Assembly (NCBI GenBank): GCA_964623075.1
Contig: CAZUVD010000006.1
Location: 333 to 64,332 of the forward strand
Length of the DNA stretch: 64,000 bases
From: an uncultured Coxiellaceae bacterium
Lineage (GTDB): Bacteria > Pseudomonadota > Gammaproteobacteria > DSM-16500
Direction: 5' to 3'
This document shows, in pieces, positions 38,579 through 49,685 of the stretch. The notes below the pieces were generated by a model, which was not told the DNA's origin, searched no databases, and saw only the letters and a list, made by a program, of their open reading frames with translations. Each line of letters starts with the position of its first letter. Position 1 is the first letter of the stretch. The position numbers were made by a program, and so were the translations under genes.

Positions 38579-39914
38579 CATCGCACTACTAACTGACAGC
38601 TACAAACTAAGCCAGTGGCCTATGTATCCAGAAGGTACAGAGAAAGTATATTCATACTTTGAGGCTCGTGAAGGCGCAACATTCCCAACTACAGTATTCT
38701 TCGGTTTACAGCAGTTGATCCAGAAATACCTTCTAGTTCAAGTTGATGAGTTCTACATTGCTGATGCAAAAGCAATCTGTGATGCTCATATGGGACCGGG
38801 AATGTTCAACAAGGCAGGTTGGGAAACCATTCGTACCAAATACAATGGTAAACTACCTGTTCGTATCTGGGCTGTACCAGAAGGTTCGCTACATAACGCT
38901 GGTGATGTCCTTATGGTAGTTGAAAATCATGGTGGTGAAGAACTAGCATGGTTAACCTCATACCTAGAAACTCTATTGGTACATGTATGGTATCCAACTA
39001 CAGTAGCTTCGCTTTCACGTTCAGTGAAAGAAATGCTTGCTGACTATCTAATCAAAACTACTGGCACTACTGATGGTATTGATTTTGGTCTACATGATTT
39101 CGGTTGTCGTGGTGCAGTAAATATGGACGCCGCAGCAACTGGTGGTATGGCTCACCTAGTGAACTTCAAGGGGACTGACACAGTACCTGCTCTATGGCAG
39201 GCAAAAGACACCTACCAAGCTAAACTAGATTCTCTAGGTTTCTCTGTAGCTGCTGCAGAACACTCTGTTATGACTTCACTAGGTCGTGACGGTGAAAGCG
39301 AAATGGTAGGTAGGCTATTAGAAGTTTATCCTACAGGAATTCTAGCCGCACCAATTGACAGCTACGACTACTTCAACTATGTTGTGAATATCTGTGGTAA
39401 TGATCATTACGAAACTATCATGAATCGTGATGGCAAGTTTGTATTCCGTCCAGATTCAACATCAGACATTCACCCAACTCCCGAAGAAGAAATGGTGTGG
39501 CTGGCAAACACTCTCTACGCTGCTTTTGGCGGAACTGAGAATGAGCTAGGATACAAAATCCTTGATCCTCACGTCGGAATGCTTTGGGGTGACGGTATCA
39601 CGCCTTTAGGTATTGACAAGATTCTACATGCCTTGATGGTTGCTGGTTTTGCTACCTCAAACGTAGTGTTTGGTATGGGTGGTGGTTTGCTACAGAAAGT
39701 AAACCGTGACACACAGCGATTCGCTTTCAAATGTTCTGCACAGCTTCGTAACGGAGAATGGGTAGACGTTCAGAAAAGCCCTCTAGATCAGACCAAGAAA
39801 TCAAAGGCTGGTCGTTTCAATCTAGAAGAACGTGGGCTAGAATTAGTTTACGACACTGGTAGATTAGTCAAATGGTACAACTTTGATCAAGTACGAGAGA
39901 ATGCGAGCTTATGA
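38565..39914 (+). CDS. nadV: Nicotinamide phosphoribosyltransferase (Nampt/NadV)
   Basis: TDSYK, HDFGCRG, GTDT, A.EHS, DSYD, RPDS, GDG, FGMGGGLLQ..RDT..FAFK and KKSK.G motifs. Confidence 0.93.
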   Translation: MTTNNIALLTDSYKLSQWPMYPEGTEKVYSYFEAREGATFPTTVFFGLQQLIQKYLLVQVDEFYIADAKAICDAHMGPGMFNKAGWETIRTKYNGKLPVRIWAVPEGSLHNAGDVLMVVENHGGEELAWLTSYLETLLVHVWYPTTVASLSRSVKEMLADYLIKTTGTTDGIDFGLHDFGCRGAVNMDAAATGGMAHLVNFKGTDTVPALWQAKDTYQAKLDSLGFSVAAAEHSVMTSLGRDGESEMVGRLLEVYPTGILAAPIDSYDYFNYVVNICGNDHYETIMNRDGKFVFRPDSTSDIHPTPEEEMVWLANTLYAAFGGTENELGYKILDPHVGMLWGDGITPLGIDKILHALMVAGFATSNVVFGMGGGLLQKVNRDTQRFAFKCSAQLRNGEWVDVQKSPLDQTKKSKAGRFNLEERGLELVYDTGRLVKWYNFDQVRENASL

Positions 39915-40558
39915 CAACATACATAACAAGTGATACCCATATTGGGCACGAACATACTGACCAAGAGACAGGCGAGTTAAAGGGAATTATCCCTTATACT
40001 GGCCGTCCCTGGGAAAATGTTGCAGCAATGGCAGAAGGTCTACGAGAGAATTTCTGTTCTACATTAAAGCCGGATGATGAGCTAATTGTTGTTGGTGACG
40101 CTGTTATGGGAAATCGCAATGAGAACTTAAAGTGGTTCGGGACGATTCCCGGTCGTAAGACTCTTGTTGTGGGAAATCATGATCATATCCATCCCATGTA
40201 TAGCATTGGTAAGCGAAATCAGTGGTTTGACGTATATGCGACATATTTCGATAAAATTGTTCCTCAGATGAATATGGATATTAACGGGATTGAGGTAGTA
40301 ATCAATCATTTCCCTTATAATGGCGATCATAGCGAAACTCGGTATAATGCCGAAAAGATTGATATGTTCAGACCCAAGGATGAGGGTTTATTCCTTCTAC
40401 ACGGCCATATTCACGCAGAGGAAATTATTTGGGGAGAGCGTCAGATCCACGTTGGTCTTGATGCGGATTATACCGCATATGGCGTTGAAAGGTACCATCC
40501 AATTCCAATCGACGTAATCCACCAAGTGCTATTAGAGCATAGTCCAATTATGCCCTAA
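39911..40558 (+). CDS. Calcineurin-like metallophosphoesterase
   Basis: SDTHIGH, VGD, GNHD, HFP and LHGHIH motifs. Confidence 0.9.
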   Translation: MTTYITSDTHIGHEHTDQETGELKGIIPYTGRPWENVAAMAEGLRENFCSTLKPDDELIVVGDAVMGNRNENLKWFGTIPGRKTLVVGNHDHIHPMYSIGKRNQWFDVYATYFDKIVPQMNMDINGIEVVINHFPYNGDHSETRYNAEKIDMFRPKDEGLFLLHGHIHAEEIIWGERQIHVGLDADYTAYGVERYHPIPIDVIHQVLLEHSPIMP

Positions 40559-40616
40559 TGTTTCAAATTTCCCCGGAAAATATTTCAGATTTCGAACTTT
40601 TATAGGAGAAAAAGCA

Positions 40617-40820
40617 ATGAATGAGCCAAAATTCCCTCACATTGAGGTACAGCTAACAGGTGTTGACGGTAATGCATTCTCAGTGATGGGAACCGTTACC
40701 AGAGCAATGAAACGTGATCCAGAGGCAAAGCTTCTGGTAAATGACTTTATGGAAGAAGCTATGTCTGGTGATTACGATCATCTACTACAGACATGCACTA
40801 AATGGGTTGAGGTAGTATGA
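40617..40820 (+). CDS. Small conserved phage protein, paralog of 27799-28008
   Basis: Near-identical N- and C-terminal motifs. Confidence 0.8.
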   Translation: MNEPKFPHIEVQLTGVDGNAFSVMGTVTRAMKRDPEAKLLVNDFMEEAMSGDYDHLLQTCTKWVEVV

Positions 40821-41254
40821 GCGCAAAGAATAAACCAGAGAATAAGAAACTCCGTCGTGAAATCCGTGCGGCCAGCAAAGAATTGAATGAAATAACATTC
40901 AATGCACAGGCTTCTGCTAAGTATGGAACCTGTGTAGTGACTGGTAAGAAAACTATTGTTGATCCTGATTACAGTATTTCTCAACCAGCATGGTTTGCTA
41001 TCATGGACTACACTGTGAAACTGGATAAGGAAAATGGATCAAAATAAATACGAAGAAGCCTACCTTGAAGATATCTGTGTAGCTTTAAAGCGCAGTGGTC
41101 ATAAGCATCCTCTACAAATTGTGGAGGATCTAGACCGTGAAGGTTACAGAGTCATATCAAATGAAGATTTTGATGAACTTACCGGCCATGCCGTGATGGA
41201 CATTCTAAGAAGTATGGACCCGGTAGCACCAAAGTATACTAAAGGAAAAGCATA

Positions 41255-41770
41255 ATGATATATATGCCAGTTGCTTGCCCAGGTTCGGGTAAATCATATG
41301 TAGCTGAGGAAATGGTTAAGGCTGGTATTATCACCCCTTGGGCAGTAGTTTCTTCTGACTATTACCGTGAGGTAGTTTCAGATAACCGTCAGGATATGGC
41401 AGCTACACCAGATGCTTTTGATCTATGTAATACTATTATCAGAGCGCGTTTAAAGAGGGGTCTAGATGTCTACATGGACGGCACCAATCTGAATAAGAAA
41501 TTCAGAGACAAGGATCTAGAACTTTATTGTGGGCAGTGGGGACACCCCTTGACCATCCTTGTCTCAGACGCCCCCAGGAGCCTCGTAGAGCGCCGTAACC
41601 GTGAGCGAGCGTGGCCGGTCCCCCAGGAGGCTTTCGACCGCTTCTGGACCCTCTCAGAAGCCTTCGACCCAGACCGCTACGTTGACCTCTACGGGGCCAA
41701 AGTCAGCAAGTTTACAGACCAGCTAGGGGAGGCACCCCAGCCAGATATTAATTATGTACAGGGGTTATGA
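41255..41770 (+). CDS. Polynucleotide kinase-like P-loop protein (AAA_33)
   Basis: CPGSGKS, SSDYYR, DGTN and RNRER motifs. Confidence 0.85.
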   Translation: MIYMPVACPGSGKSYVAEEMVKAGIITPWAVVSSDYYREVVSDNRQDMAATPDAFDLCNTIIRARLKRGLDVYMDGTNLNKKFRDKDLELYCGQWGHPLTILVSDAPRSLVERRNRERAWPVPQEAFDRFWTLSEAFDPDRYVDLYGAKVSKFTDQLGEAPQPDINYVQGL

Positions 41771-43071
41771 TGATACCAGAGATAAGTACAGAAGAATTAT
41801 TAGACATCGCTCGTGGAGACTCCATAACATGGAGAAGAGAAGATTCCTATCTTGGTGATGAACGACGATGGGGATATGATGTTTGGGTTGTGTTCGTAGA
41901 GAACTCTGACCTAGCAAACAAATTCTACCGCTTTAGTTACTATGAAGGTTCGGGAGATTCAGAAATTGATTTTGAGCCTACCCCTATTGAAGAAGTAGAA
42001 AAGAAAACGTTAGTAACCTATGAATGGGTGGCAGTATGAAAATTACAGAAGATCCAGAGGTGCTAAATATTTTAGGCTTAGATGATTTAGAAACAGTTGG
42101 CATAGACAGTGCTGATTTTGGTACATTTGCTTTATGGACTCTTAGCTTAGCTATAGAATCAGCATATCAAAAAGGTTATGCTAAAGGTATAGAGGATCAT
42201 TTAAGGAATCAACAGTAATGGCACTCCATATAAACTGTGATATCTGTGAGGAAGAACTTAACGAACCCGGTGCTATCATATTAGATCCTCCTGATTCAGA
42301 TGATTGTGTTTATAAGATCCATGTCTGTAAGAAATGTTGGCATCGTCTAATGAAAATGATGAGCACACTTAGAAAAGGAGATTGATATGTGGAACACAAT
42401 TACAACTACATTTGATGAATCAGAACCCGAGGACATCGTAGATAGACTTCTTCATGCGGATCAGCAACAACGAAAGACTTTAGAAGGTGCTATGATTATA
42501 GGTGACCTCCCTGGTAAATCTATTTTCCTTGAAGCTGCTGAGGAAATAGAAAAACTACGCCGAGTCCTGAATATAACGGAGAACTAATATGGCAGACGCA
42601 GAATTAAAAGCTAGACGTGCAGAGGTAAGAGCGCTGTTAAAACAGAACCTAAAGGATACATTCACCTTTGAACTCTGGCCTTGGGCACAGGTATTAACTA
42701 CGATAGCTTATCTTATTGCTATCATACTAGGTGACCCTTGGACCGACCGAATGGCACTAGCATATCTAATGACCATCTCTTGGGTCCTATTCCAATTGTA
42801 TGCAATGTATAAAACCTATAAAAGTGAGGCAGTATGAGTGAAGTAATTGAAATTCTAATCCCTTTCAAGATTATCAAGACTGGTGAAGAAGATTGGGACG
42901 GTACTCTCGTTGAGAGTTTTGCCCTGGTCAATGACATCTTTGATGTCGAAGATATCTGGGACGAGAACACGCCAGCATATTATGATGAGGCAGGTCATCC
43001 CACCGCTATCATCAGCGCTTGGAATGCAACAGTAGTAACAGAAGATGTAGACACTAACGAAAGACTTTAGT

Positions 43072-44115
43072 ATGAGCTTACCATTTACAATTGAAGAGTT
43101 AGATGAGGCAGTAGCAGATGGACTGGTAACGAAACGGCCACATGTAAATGGTAAGTTGTCCATCTATAACTACTCACCATTAGTTCAATACTCTCGTAAC
43201 TGGACCCCTGTAACCAAAACTTGCAGGGGTCTTATGCTTGATGAGGACTACAATATTATTGCTCGACCATTCCCTAAGATCTTTAACTACACAGAGATAG
43301 TACCCGATCCAGTAATTTATGATCGTGTACCAAACGTATCCGATAAAGCAGATGGTTCACTTGGCATTATTTATAACGATGGTGGAGGTTTCAAAGTAGC
43401 TACTCGTGGCTCATTTGAATCCGATCAGGCAATGTGGGCTAGTGAATGGCTAGACTCAAATCCTCATAGGTTTGGTCAACCTGATGATGTAACAACTCTT
43501 GTTGAAATTATTTACCCTGACAATAGAATCTGTGTAGATTACGGTGACAAAGCTGAGTTAGTTCTTATTGCAGCAATTAACAATGAGACTGGCGCTGATA
43601 TACCGTTGCAAACAGTCGATTGGTGGCACGGTTCACGTATTGATGAGCATTATGGCATCAAAGATATTGATGATGCATATAGATTCGCTACATCAAATGA
43701 ATACGAAGGTCGTGAAGGTGTAGTTTGCACTTGGTTCAAGTATGGCGAGCCATCCTTTAGACTGAAGGTAAAGCACCCAGAGTATGTACGACTACATGGT
43801 ATCATCCATAACTTCTCCGTCAAAAAGGTTTGGGAGTCTTTATCTAGTGGTGAAGATTTCCTAGAGCTATTAACTGATGTACCTGATGAATTCTATCAGG
43901 TAGTAAAGCAGACTGTTGGAGATTTAAATGATTCATTCTCCGAGATTGAACATGAGGTCATTGCAGAGTTCGGTAAAGTAAAACACCTAACCTCAAAGAA
44001 AGACTTTGCTTTAGCTATTAAATCCAATCCACTAAAGTCTATCCTTTTCAGGATGTATGATAACAAGGACTTCGATGATATCATCTGGAAGATGATCAAA
44101 CCTAGGAGTGAGTAA
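43072..44115 (+). CDS. RNA ligase 1 (T4 RnlA family)
   Basis: CRGL, ARPFPKIFN, motif I KADGSLG, ATRGSF, E..YP.NRI, EGVV and KVK...Y...H. Confidence 0.92.
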   Translation: MSLPFTIEELDEAVADGLVTKRPHVNGKLSIYNYSPLVQYSRNWTPVTKTCRGLMLDEDYNIIARPFPKIFNYTEIVPDPVIYDRVPNVSDKADGSLGIIYNDGGGFKVATRGSFESDQAMWASEWLDSNPHRFGQPDDVTTLVEIIYPDNRICVDYGDKAELVLIAAINNETGADIPLQTVDWWHGSRIDEHYGIKDIDDAYRFATSNEYEGREGVVCTWFKYGEPSFRLKVKHPEYVRLHGIIHNFSVKKVWESLSSGEDFLELLTDVPDEFYQVVKQTVGDLNDSFSEIEHEVIAEFGKVKHLTSKKDFALAIKSNPLKSILFRMYDNKDFDDIIWKMIKPRSE

Positions 44116-45311
44116 TGTTATATGAGATAGTGCCTATCATGCCTAATGATGGCCAGGATGAATTTAAAGGATTCAAGATTAGGAAAGATGGTAAATTCAT
44201 TGTAGTCCCAACTAATTATTGGGGCTACAAAGATGAGTTTGCTAGCTATTCTCATGAGAATCAATTTCAATGCGAATCCTCTAGTTATCACGACAAAACA
44301 GAAATCTACAAGCTCGCTGCCCGAGTAATCAGAAACAATTATGACCCTGATTTCAAAATTAAAGTACAGTTACCACATTCATTCTTTGATTGGCCTCCAT
44401 TCAAAGATAAATTCATCGAAGTTTAAGGAAAATTAAATGGCAGACATTGAAGTAAACTTTCCAACAAATCTAAAACTCATCAATGTTATTGATGATACAT
44501 GGACCGCTCGACTCACACGTAGATCCAACGAGAAAGAATATTGGATCGCTGAGTTCCGTGACTTAGGACCAACAGAAATCTATGCCAAGTTTGGTGTAGA
44601 GGTTCCTGTTAAAAATAAAAAGCCTGCTCATGAGGGCAAGGCCACTGCTGAGAGCCTGTTAAGGGAGCATTTGACAAAGCTGTCGGGACGCACTATAGTT
44701 CCTACCAGCGAGGTACAAGACCTATTGCTCGACGTTCTAAATGAAATTGGTGGGACAGATGTTGATGACAGTTGAGGTTGAATTTGGAACGGATTGGGAA
44801 GAGGAACTTTGTGACTTCGGCCTACAGCCAGAAGATTATTCTTCGAAAGAGGAAGTTATCGACGCAATCAATGCTGTCATTAATAAAGACTGGTGGAATA
44901 TTGTAGAGTGGGATATGAGATACAATTCCGAAGTCAATGTCATCTGTTCACTTTCAGACGAAGAGTATTTAAGATTTATGAGCATCGAACCAGATCCGTT
45001 TGATGTATGGGCCAAAGCAGTGAGAGAATCTAGAGAGAGAAGAGCAACAAAATGATTTCAGAAAATGAAGCACGACAGACAGTCCTCGCCTTAGGTACTG
45101 CCATGTATGAGGATGATAAAGATGCCAGAGAAGCCGTATATGCTGGCATGACAGAGGATGATTTAAAACGTGTGATCCGTTGGGCCATGCGTCAGTTACT
45201 TACACAGTTCGCATTCTTATCTCAGATGAATGGCGCTGACCATAAAGAAGCATGGTCAGAAATGGCATTAGGTTTCAGCTTATCAATAGCTAATGACGAA
45301 GGAGAAGAAGG

Positions 45312-46814
45312 TTGACACTACTTTCTTTACAGCAACCAGATCTATCTAAAGACTTAGTTGGTGGCAAAGCTGCCAACATTTCCAGAATGTTAAACATGGG
45401 ACTCAACGTACCAACAGGTTTTGTTTGTACTACTAACCATTGTTTCGAGAAAAAGTTTGATCGTGGTGAGAAGTTCGAAGCCGGTGATTATTTTCACCAT
45501 TCTCTCATGTCCAACATTCGTTTCCTCGCTGACAATACAGAGACTACATGGACACTGGACGAAGGTAAACCTTTAGTGGTTTCCGTTCGTTCCGGTGCCC
45601 CTATTTCCATGCCCGGTATGATGGATACAATCCTCAACATCGGACTGACCAAAACAAATATCGACAGGTTTGTTGAGTCTCTTGGAGCTACAAGAGAGTT
45701 CGGCCTAGACTGTTACCGTCGTCTGATTCAGATGTTCGGTGTGACTGTCAAGGGTGTTGACCCTAAGCTGTTCAATGAGATTTATGACGCAGCTAAAATC
45801 TATTACGGTGAGTTCGATGAGGAAGTCTACGAGATTCTTGTCAACTTCTTTGAGGAAATCTACCGCCAGGAAGTTGGCGAAGAGTTTCCCGACGATCCAA
45901 ATATCCAGCTTTTAGAAGCCTGTAATGCTGTGTACTCTTCTTGGTTCTCCGAGAAGGCTGTATCATATCGCAAGATTGAGAAGATCAATCCTAAGATGGG
46001 TACTGCTGTGACTGTCCAGCAAATGGTTTTTGGTAACCTTGATTCCTCAGCTACTGGTGTTGTGTTCACTCACAACCCTAACACTGGTGAGAAAGGTATT
46101 TACGGTGACTACCTTAAGAAAGCACAGGGTGAAGACGTTGTGGCTGGTACTCATAAGGTATTTCCTATCGCTAAAATGTTTGAGGATGAGGAACTACTTA
46201 AGCCAGCTAGAGAGTTACAAGCTGCAATGAGTAAACTCTTTCAGAACGAGCGTGACATTCTAGACATTGAGTTCACCATTGAGAGAGGTAAACTATATCT
46301 CCTACAGTATCGTGTAGCTAAAAGATCACAGCGGGCCAGCGTGAGAAGCATCATCGACATGTCCCGTGAAGGTGTTATTTCTAGTGCTGCTGCTACGGAG
46401 AAATTCTTATCTCTCCTACCTAAGATGGAAGCTGGATCAAGTGACCCAGGTAATCTGAAATACATTGGCAGTGGTATCGGTGCAACTGATGGTACTGTTG
46501 TTGGTCAGATTGCTCTGTCTCACGAACAGGCAGACAAACTAGCCGAAGAGGGTACACCTTTCATCTATGTAGCGATGGAGACTAACCCAGAAGATATTAC
46601 ACAGATGAAAAACTCTGTTGGTATCCTTACCGCTTTAGGTGGTAAGCTTTCTCACGCTGCTGTTGTAGCTAGAGGTTGGGACAAGTCTTGTGTAGTATCA
46701 CTAGAAGGTCTTGTCATTAGTGAAGATGCTACAGAGTTTACTTACAAAGACATTTCTTACGCCGCAGGTGCATGGATTAAGATTAACGGCTCATCCGGTG
46801 AGGTGTGGGCATGA
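45312..46814 (+). CDS. PPDK-like dikinase: ATP-grasp plus phospho-His swivel domain, lacking the C-terminal PEP/pyruvate-binding barrel
   Basis: VGGKAAN, SVRSGA.ISMPGMMDTILNIG, YRRLIQMFG, QQMVFGN, AQGEDVVAG, DIEFTIE..LQ.R and GGKLSHAAVVARG; ends about 50 aa after the His motif (500 aa total). Confidence 0.9.
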   Translation: MTLLSLQQPDLSKDLVGGKAANISRMLNMGLNVPTGFVCTTNHCFEKKFDRGEKFEAGDYFHHSLMSNIRFLADNTETTWTLDEGKPLVVSVRSGAPISMPGMMDTILNIGLTKTNIDRFVESLGATREFGLDCYRRLIQMFGVTVKGVDPKLFNEIYDAAKIYYGEFDEEVYEILVNFFEEIYRQEVGEEFPDDPNIQLLEACNAVYSSWFSEKAVSYRKIEKINPKMGTAVTVQQMVFGNLDSSATGVVFTHNPNTGEKGIYGDYLKKAQGEDVVAGTHKVFPIAKMFEDEELLKPARELQAAMSKLFQNERDILDIEFTIERGKLYLLQYRVAKRSQRASVRSIIDMSREGVISSAAATEKFLSLLPKMEAGSSDPGNLKYIGSGIGATDGTVVGQIALSHEQADKLAEEGTPFIYVAMETNPEDITQMKNSVGILTALGGKLSHAAVVARGWDKSCVVSLEGLVISEDATEFTYKDISYAAGAWIKINGSSGEVWA

Positions 46815-48202
46815 TGGCTGCACCACTGATACCGAAAGAGGCGATTGATTTTATGGAACTACAGTATGATTACGGAGATGAAGACGAATGGATGGACGAC
46901 TACGAATTTGATAATAAGCATATTCACGCACAGTGTCCACAATGTAAGAGAAACTATAATATAGTTCACTCTGAGTGTGGAGAATACATTGACCTATGCA
47001 CCTGTCCTTCTGATTCAAGTGAAAAGATTTATCATTGCTTCGCTTGTAATGTCACCTTTACGGTAGACGAAGACCACGGTGTGGAGGAAAGCCAAGTGCA
47101 ATATAGTACCAAATCATTATTCGATGACGACACTGATAGTTACTATGGTGGCTATGGCGGGCTTGGTAAAGTTGGTTATGATTCCGCTGGCAAGATCACA
47201 GTGACGGCAGGACAGCCAAATGCAAAGGCCTACAAGCCTGTCAAAAAGTGTAGCCACAAGCACGATGAAATCGAAATTGCTGATGGTTACTTTGTCTATT
47301 GTTCATCAGTTAACTATGTCATCGAAGAGGCTGACAATCCAGACTTTGGTTTGTATGCTGACTACTCCTGGCGTCCGACATGGAGAAATGAATTTATCAA
47401 CTGGCCTGACTACAACATGCCCAAGGATAAAGAGATTGCACTGACTCAGATCGTTGATGCATACGAACGTATCCTTAATGGTGAAATGGTAGAGATTGGT
47501 TGTATCGGTGGGCACGGTAGAACTGGTACGATCCTAGCCTGTCTATATCTTTTAGGCCAGGAGGGTTCAGTTACCCCTAATGAGGCTTACCACTTTGTAA
47601 AGAATTCATACTGTGTCCATGCGATTGAATCAGACATTCAAGAATGGTTTATTGAGTATGCTTCCGGCTACTGGTATGGTACAGAGGTTCCAGAAGAACC
47701 AGTGTATGTTCCTAAAACTTATGGTGGGACCACAGGCGGCAAGACAACCAAAGCTTGTCAGGTCTTCGATCATTATGCAATGATGATCCGTGGTTGGCCC
47801 ATTTGTTCAGACAAGGGTACTTCTTGTAGTTTCTGGGTACAGGATGCGAGAACCTTTAAAGAGAATCCTCCAAAAGAGGTATTGGAAAAGGCTAATCATC
47901 TAGATATCTTAAACAAGTATGACTACATGTACGGCGGCCTGAGACTCGTCACAGACGCAGAAGATTCCCCTTGCAAACCTATCGACCACTATGCTATGAT
48001 CCTCAATGGGCACGATGAGTGCCTTCGTTTAGGGGATGAATGTAAATGGTGGGACTCTGACTTTAGTGAATACATTAACAAGTCAACTATCAATCAAATT
48101 ACTTTAAAGGATTGGCACGACGAAGCAGACCGTGTTAAATTCTATCTAGAATTCTATCCCAAAGCAGAAGATTTAATCAAGAAAGATGACAATGATGGAT
48201 GA
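46805..48202 (+). CDS. Cys-based (PTP/DSP-like) phosphatase with Cys-rich N-terminus and two C-terminal Cys/His repeats
   Basis: WPD loop, CX5R motif CIGGHGRTG, IE...Q; repeats C...DHYAM...G...C......C..W (twice). Confidence 0.8.
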   Translation: MGMMAAPLIPKEAIDFMELQYDYGDEDEWMDDYEFDNKHIHAQCPQCKRNYNIVHSECGEYIDLCTCPSDSSEKIYHCFACNVTFTVDEDHGVEESQVQYSTKSLFDDDTDSYYGGYGGLGKVGYDSAGKITVTAGQPNAKAYKPVKKCSHKHDEIEIADGYFVYCSSVNYVIEEADNPDFGLYADYSWRPTWRNEFINWPDYNMPKDKEIALTQIVDAYERILNGEMVEIGCIGGHGRTGTILACLYLLGQEGSVTPNEAYHFVKNSYCVHAIESDIQEWFIEYASGYWYGTEVPEEPVYVPKTYGGTTGGKTTKACQVFDHYAMMIRGWPICSDKGTSCSFWVQDARTFKENPPKEVLEKANHLDILNKYDYMYGGLRLVTDAEDSPCKPIDHYAMILNGHDECLRLGDECKWWDSDFSEYINKSTINQITLKDWHDEADRVKFYLEFYPKAEDLIKKDDNDG

Positions 48203-49685
48203 TGAAGAAGTCCCACTAGACGAAATTATATCATGGTTTGAAGAAGATATGGATGATGATGACGTAGATGATTATCCATATGGTCTTGACGATGACAATG
48301 ACGATCTTGAAGATCACTATGATGACGATGATGAACTAGAAGACTCAGATTTCTCTGAGCATTCTACATCTGAATCTCCCTGGGTGTTCAATGTTCCTTC
48401 TCATATTGAGAAAGCTTTGGAGGTTGAAAAGGGTACTGCTGTCGAATCATACAAAGATTATATTTGGCATACTCTTTGGACTAATGTTAAGCCTGATGAG
48501 GTTGACCCTGCACAGTCTGCGGCGGACTACTATCTTCTCTTTGGTTTGATCAACAATTCCTTCATCCAGTTTGAGCCTCTAGTTCTCCCTTCATTTGAAG
48601 AGTTAGAACGTGCCGGTATCAAATTGAAGAAAACCAAGAAAGAGATTAAGGAACGTCAGGCTATCAATCTCAACCTGATTGAGAAAGATCCTAGATCCAA
48701 GCTCACCAAGCTATCAGAAAAAGCTGACACAGCTATGCATATTCTGGTAGACGAACTGGACAAATCGTTCCGTGAGTATGTTCACCTTGCTTGTGGTGGA
48801 GAGTTACGTCACCACAAAGCGTTCGGCAAAACTCTCAAAGGTTACCGTAAAGGTGCATGGACGAGATGGTATTACATCTTTGAACAGCATGGAGTAGATG
48901 CTCTACTACAGATGGTTGATCTGTTTATGGAGTTCACTCCTGGCAGTTCTTATGGTGGAGAGCGTTGGGCTAACGCTGCCAAAATTCTTTACCAACGTGA
49001 AGTCGGAGAACTTGGTCCTACTGAGTTCATCAATAAACAACTCTTCGTTGATCGCGTGTTCACCCTAGAACATAACGGTGGTTGCTTCCTCAACAAACTA
49101 GAGTGGGCAAACTTTAGAGCAGAACGTGAAGATGACTATTGCTATTCCTTCCACACAATGAAGGACTACGTTCTCAACGCTCACGCCGCTAACCCTGTAG
49201 ATATTGACATGCTATTCGGTCATGCTTCTGAACCAGTTCAGAACATGGTCAAGGAATATCTTGACATTGCAATTGAGAATGGCATTGAGGTATCTGGTAT
49301 TTGGCAAGGCACCGTCCACAAGGCAGAGAAGAAAGAAAGAGTTTCTACTGCTGGAATCTCTCTAGCTCAGGCTTCGAAGAGTGACGGTCCCACTAGCGTT
49401 CTTGACTGGTCAGATGAGGCTAAGAATCTGACAGAAGAAACTGCTAAGAAAAAACAATCTATCATTGAGTCTTATAAAGAGAAGGTGATAGCGCCAGTTA
49501 CAGAGTTTACGATGTCTACAGATAATGGCCCCGAGACTCCGATGACACCAGCGGCAGTGGGGGACTTCCTTACTAAGCTATATGGTGAGAAGTATAACCA
49601 CGGTATCAGTGATCATGCAGTTGACCCTTGGGCTAACGAGAACACGTACCACAAAACAGGAGAATGGGAGGTATTAGATGAATGA
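48186..49685 (+). CDS. Hypothetical protein with acidic N-terminus and a GGELRH...YGG..W...D....HNGG..LNK core
   Basis: 499-aa ORF overlapping both neighbours. Confidence 0.75.
   Translation: MTMMDDEEVPLDEIISWFEEDMDDDDVDDYPYGLDDDNDDLEDHYDDDDELEDSDFSEHSTSESPWVFNVPSHIEKALEVEKGTAVESYKDYIWHTLWTNVKPDEVDPAQSAADYYLLFGLINNSFIQFEPLVLPSFEELERAGIKLKKTKKEIKERQAINLNLIEKDPRSKLTKLSEKADTAMHILVDELDKSFREYVHLACGGELRHHKAFGKTLKGYRKGAWTRWYYIFEQHGVDALLQMVDLFMEFTPGSSYGGERWANAAKILYQREVGELGPTEFINKQLFVDRVFTLEHNGGCFLNKLEWANFRAEREDDYCYSFHTMKDYVLNAHAANPVDIDMLFGHASEPVQNMVKEYLDIAIENGIEVSGIWQGTVHKAEKKERVSTAGISLAQASKSDGPTSVLDWSDEAKNLTEETAKKKQSIIESYKEKVIAPVTEFTMSTDNGPETPMTPAAVGDFLTKLYGEKYNHGISDHAVDPWANENTYHKTGEWEVLDE

Noticed and set aside
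45312-46814. Full pyruvate phosphate dikinase as an auxiliary metabolic gene, or a pseudogene
   Set aside because: The C-terminal catalytic barrel is absent, yet the ORF ends cleanly after the His domain and is coupled to the next gene with no frameshifted remnant
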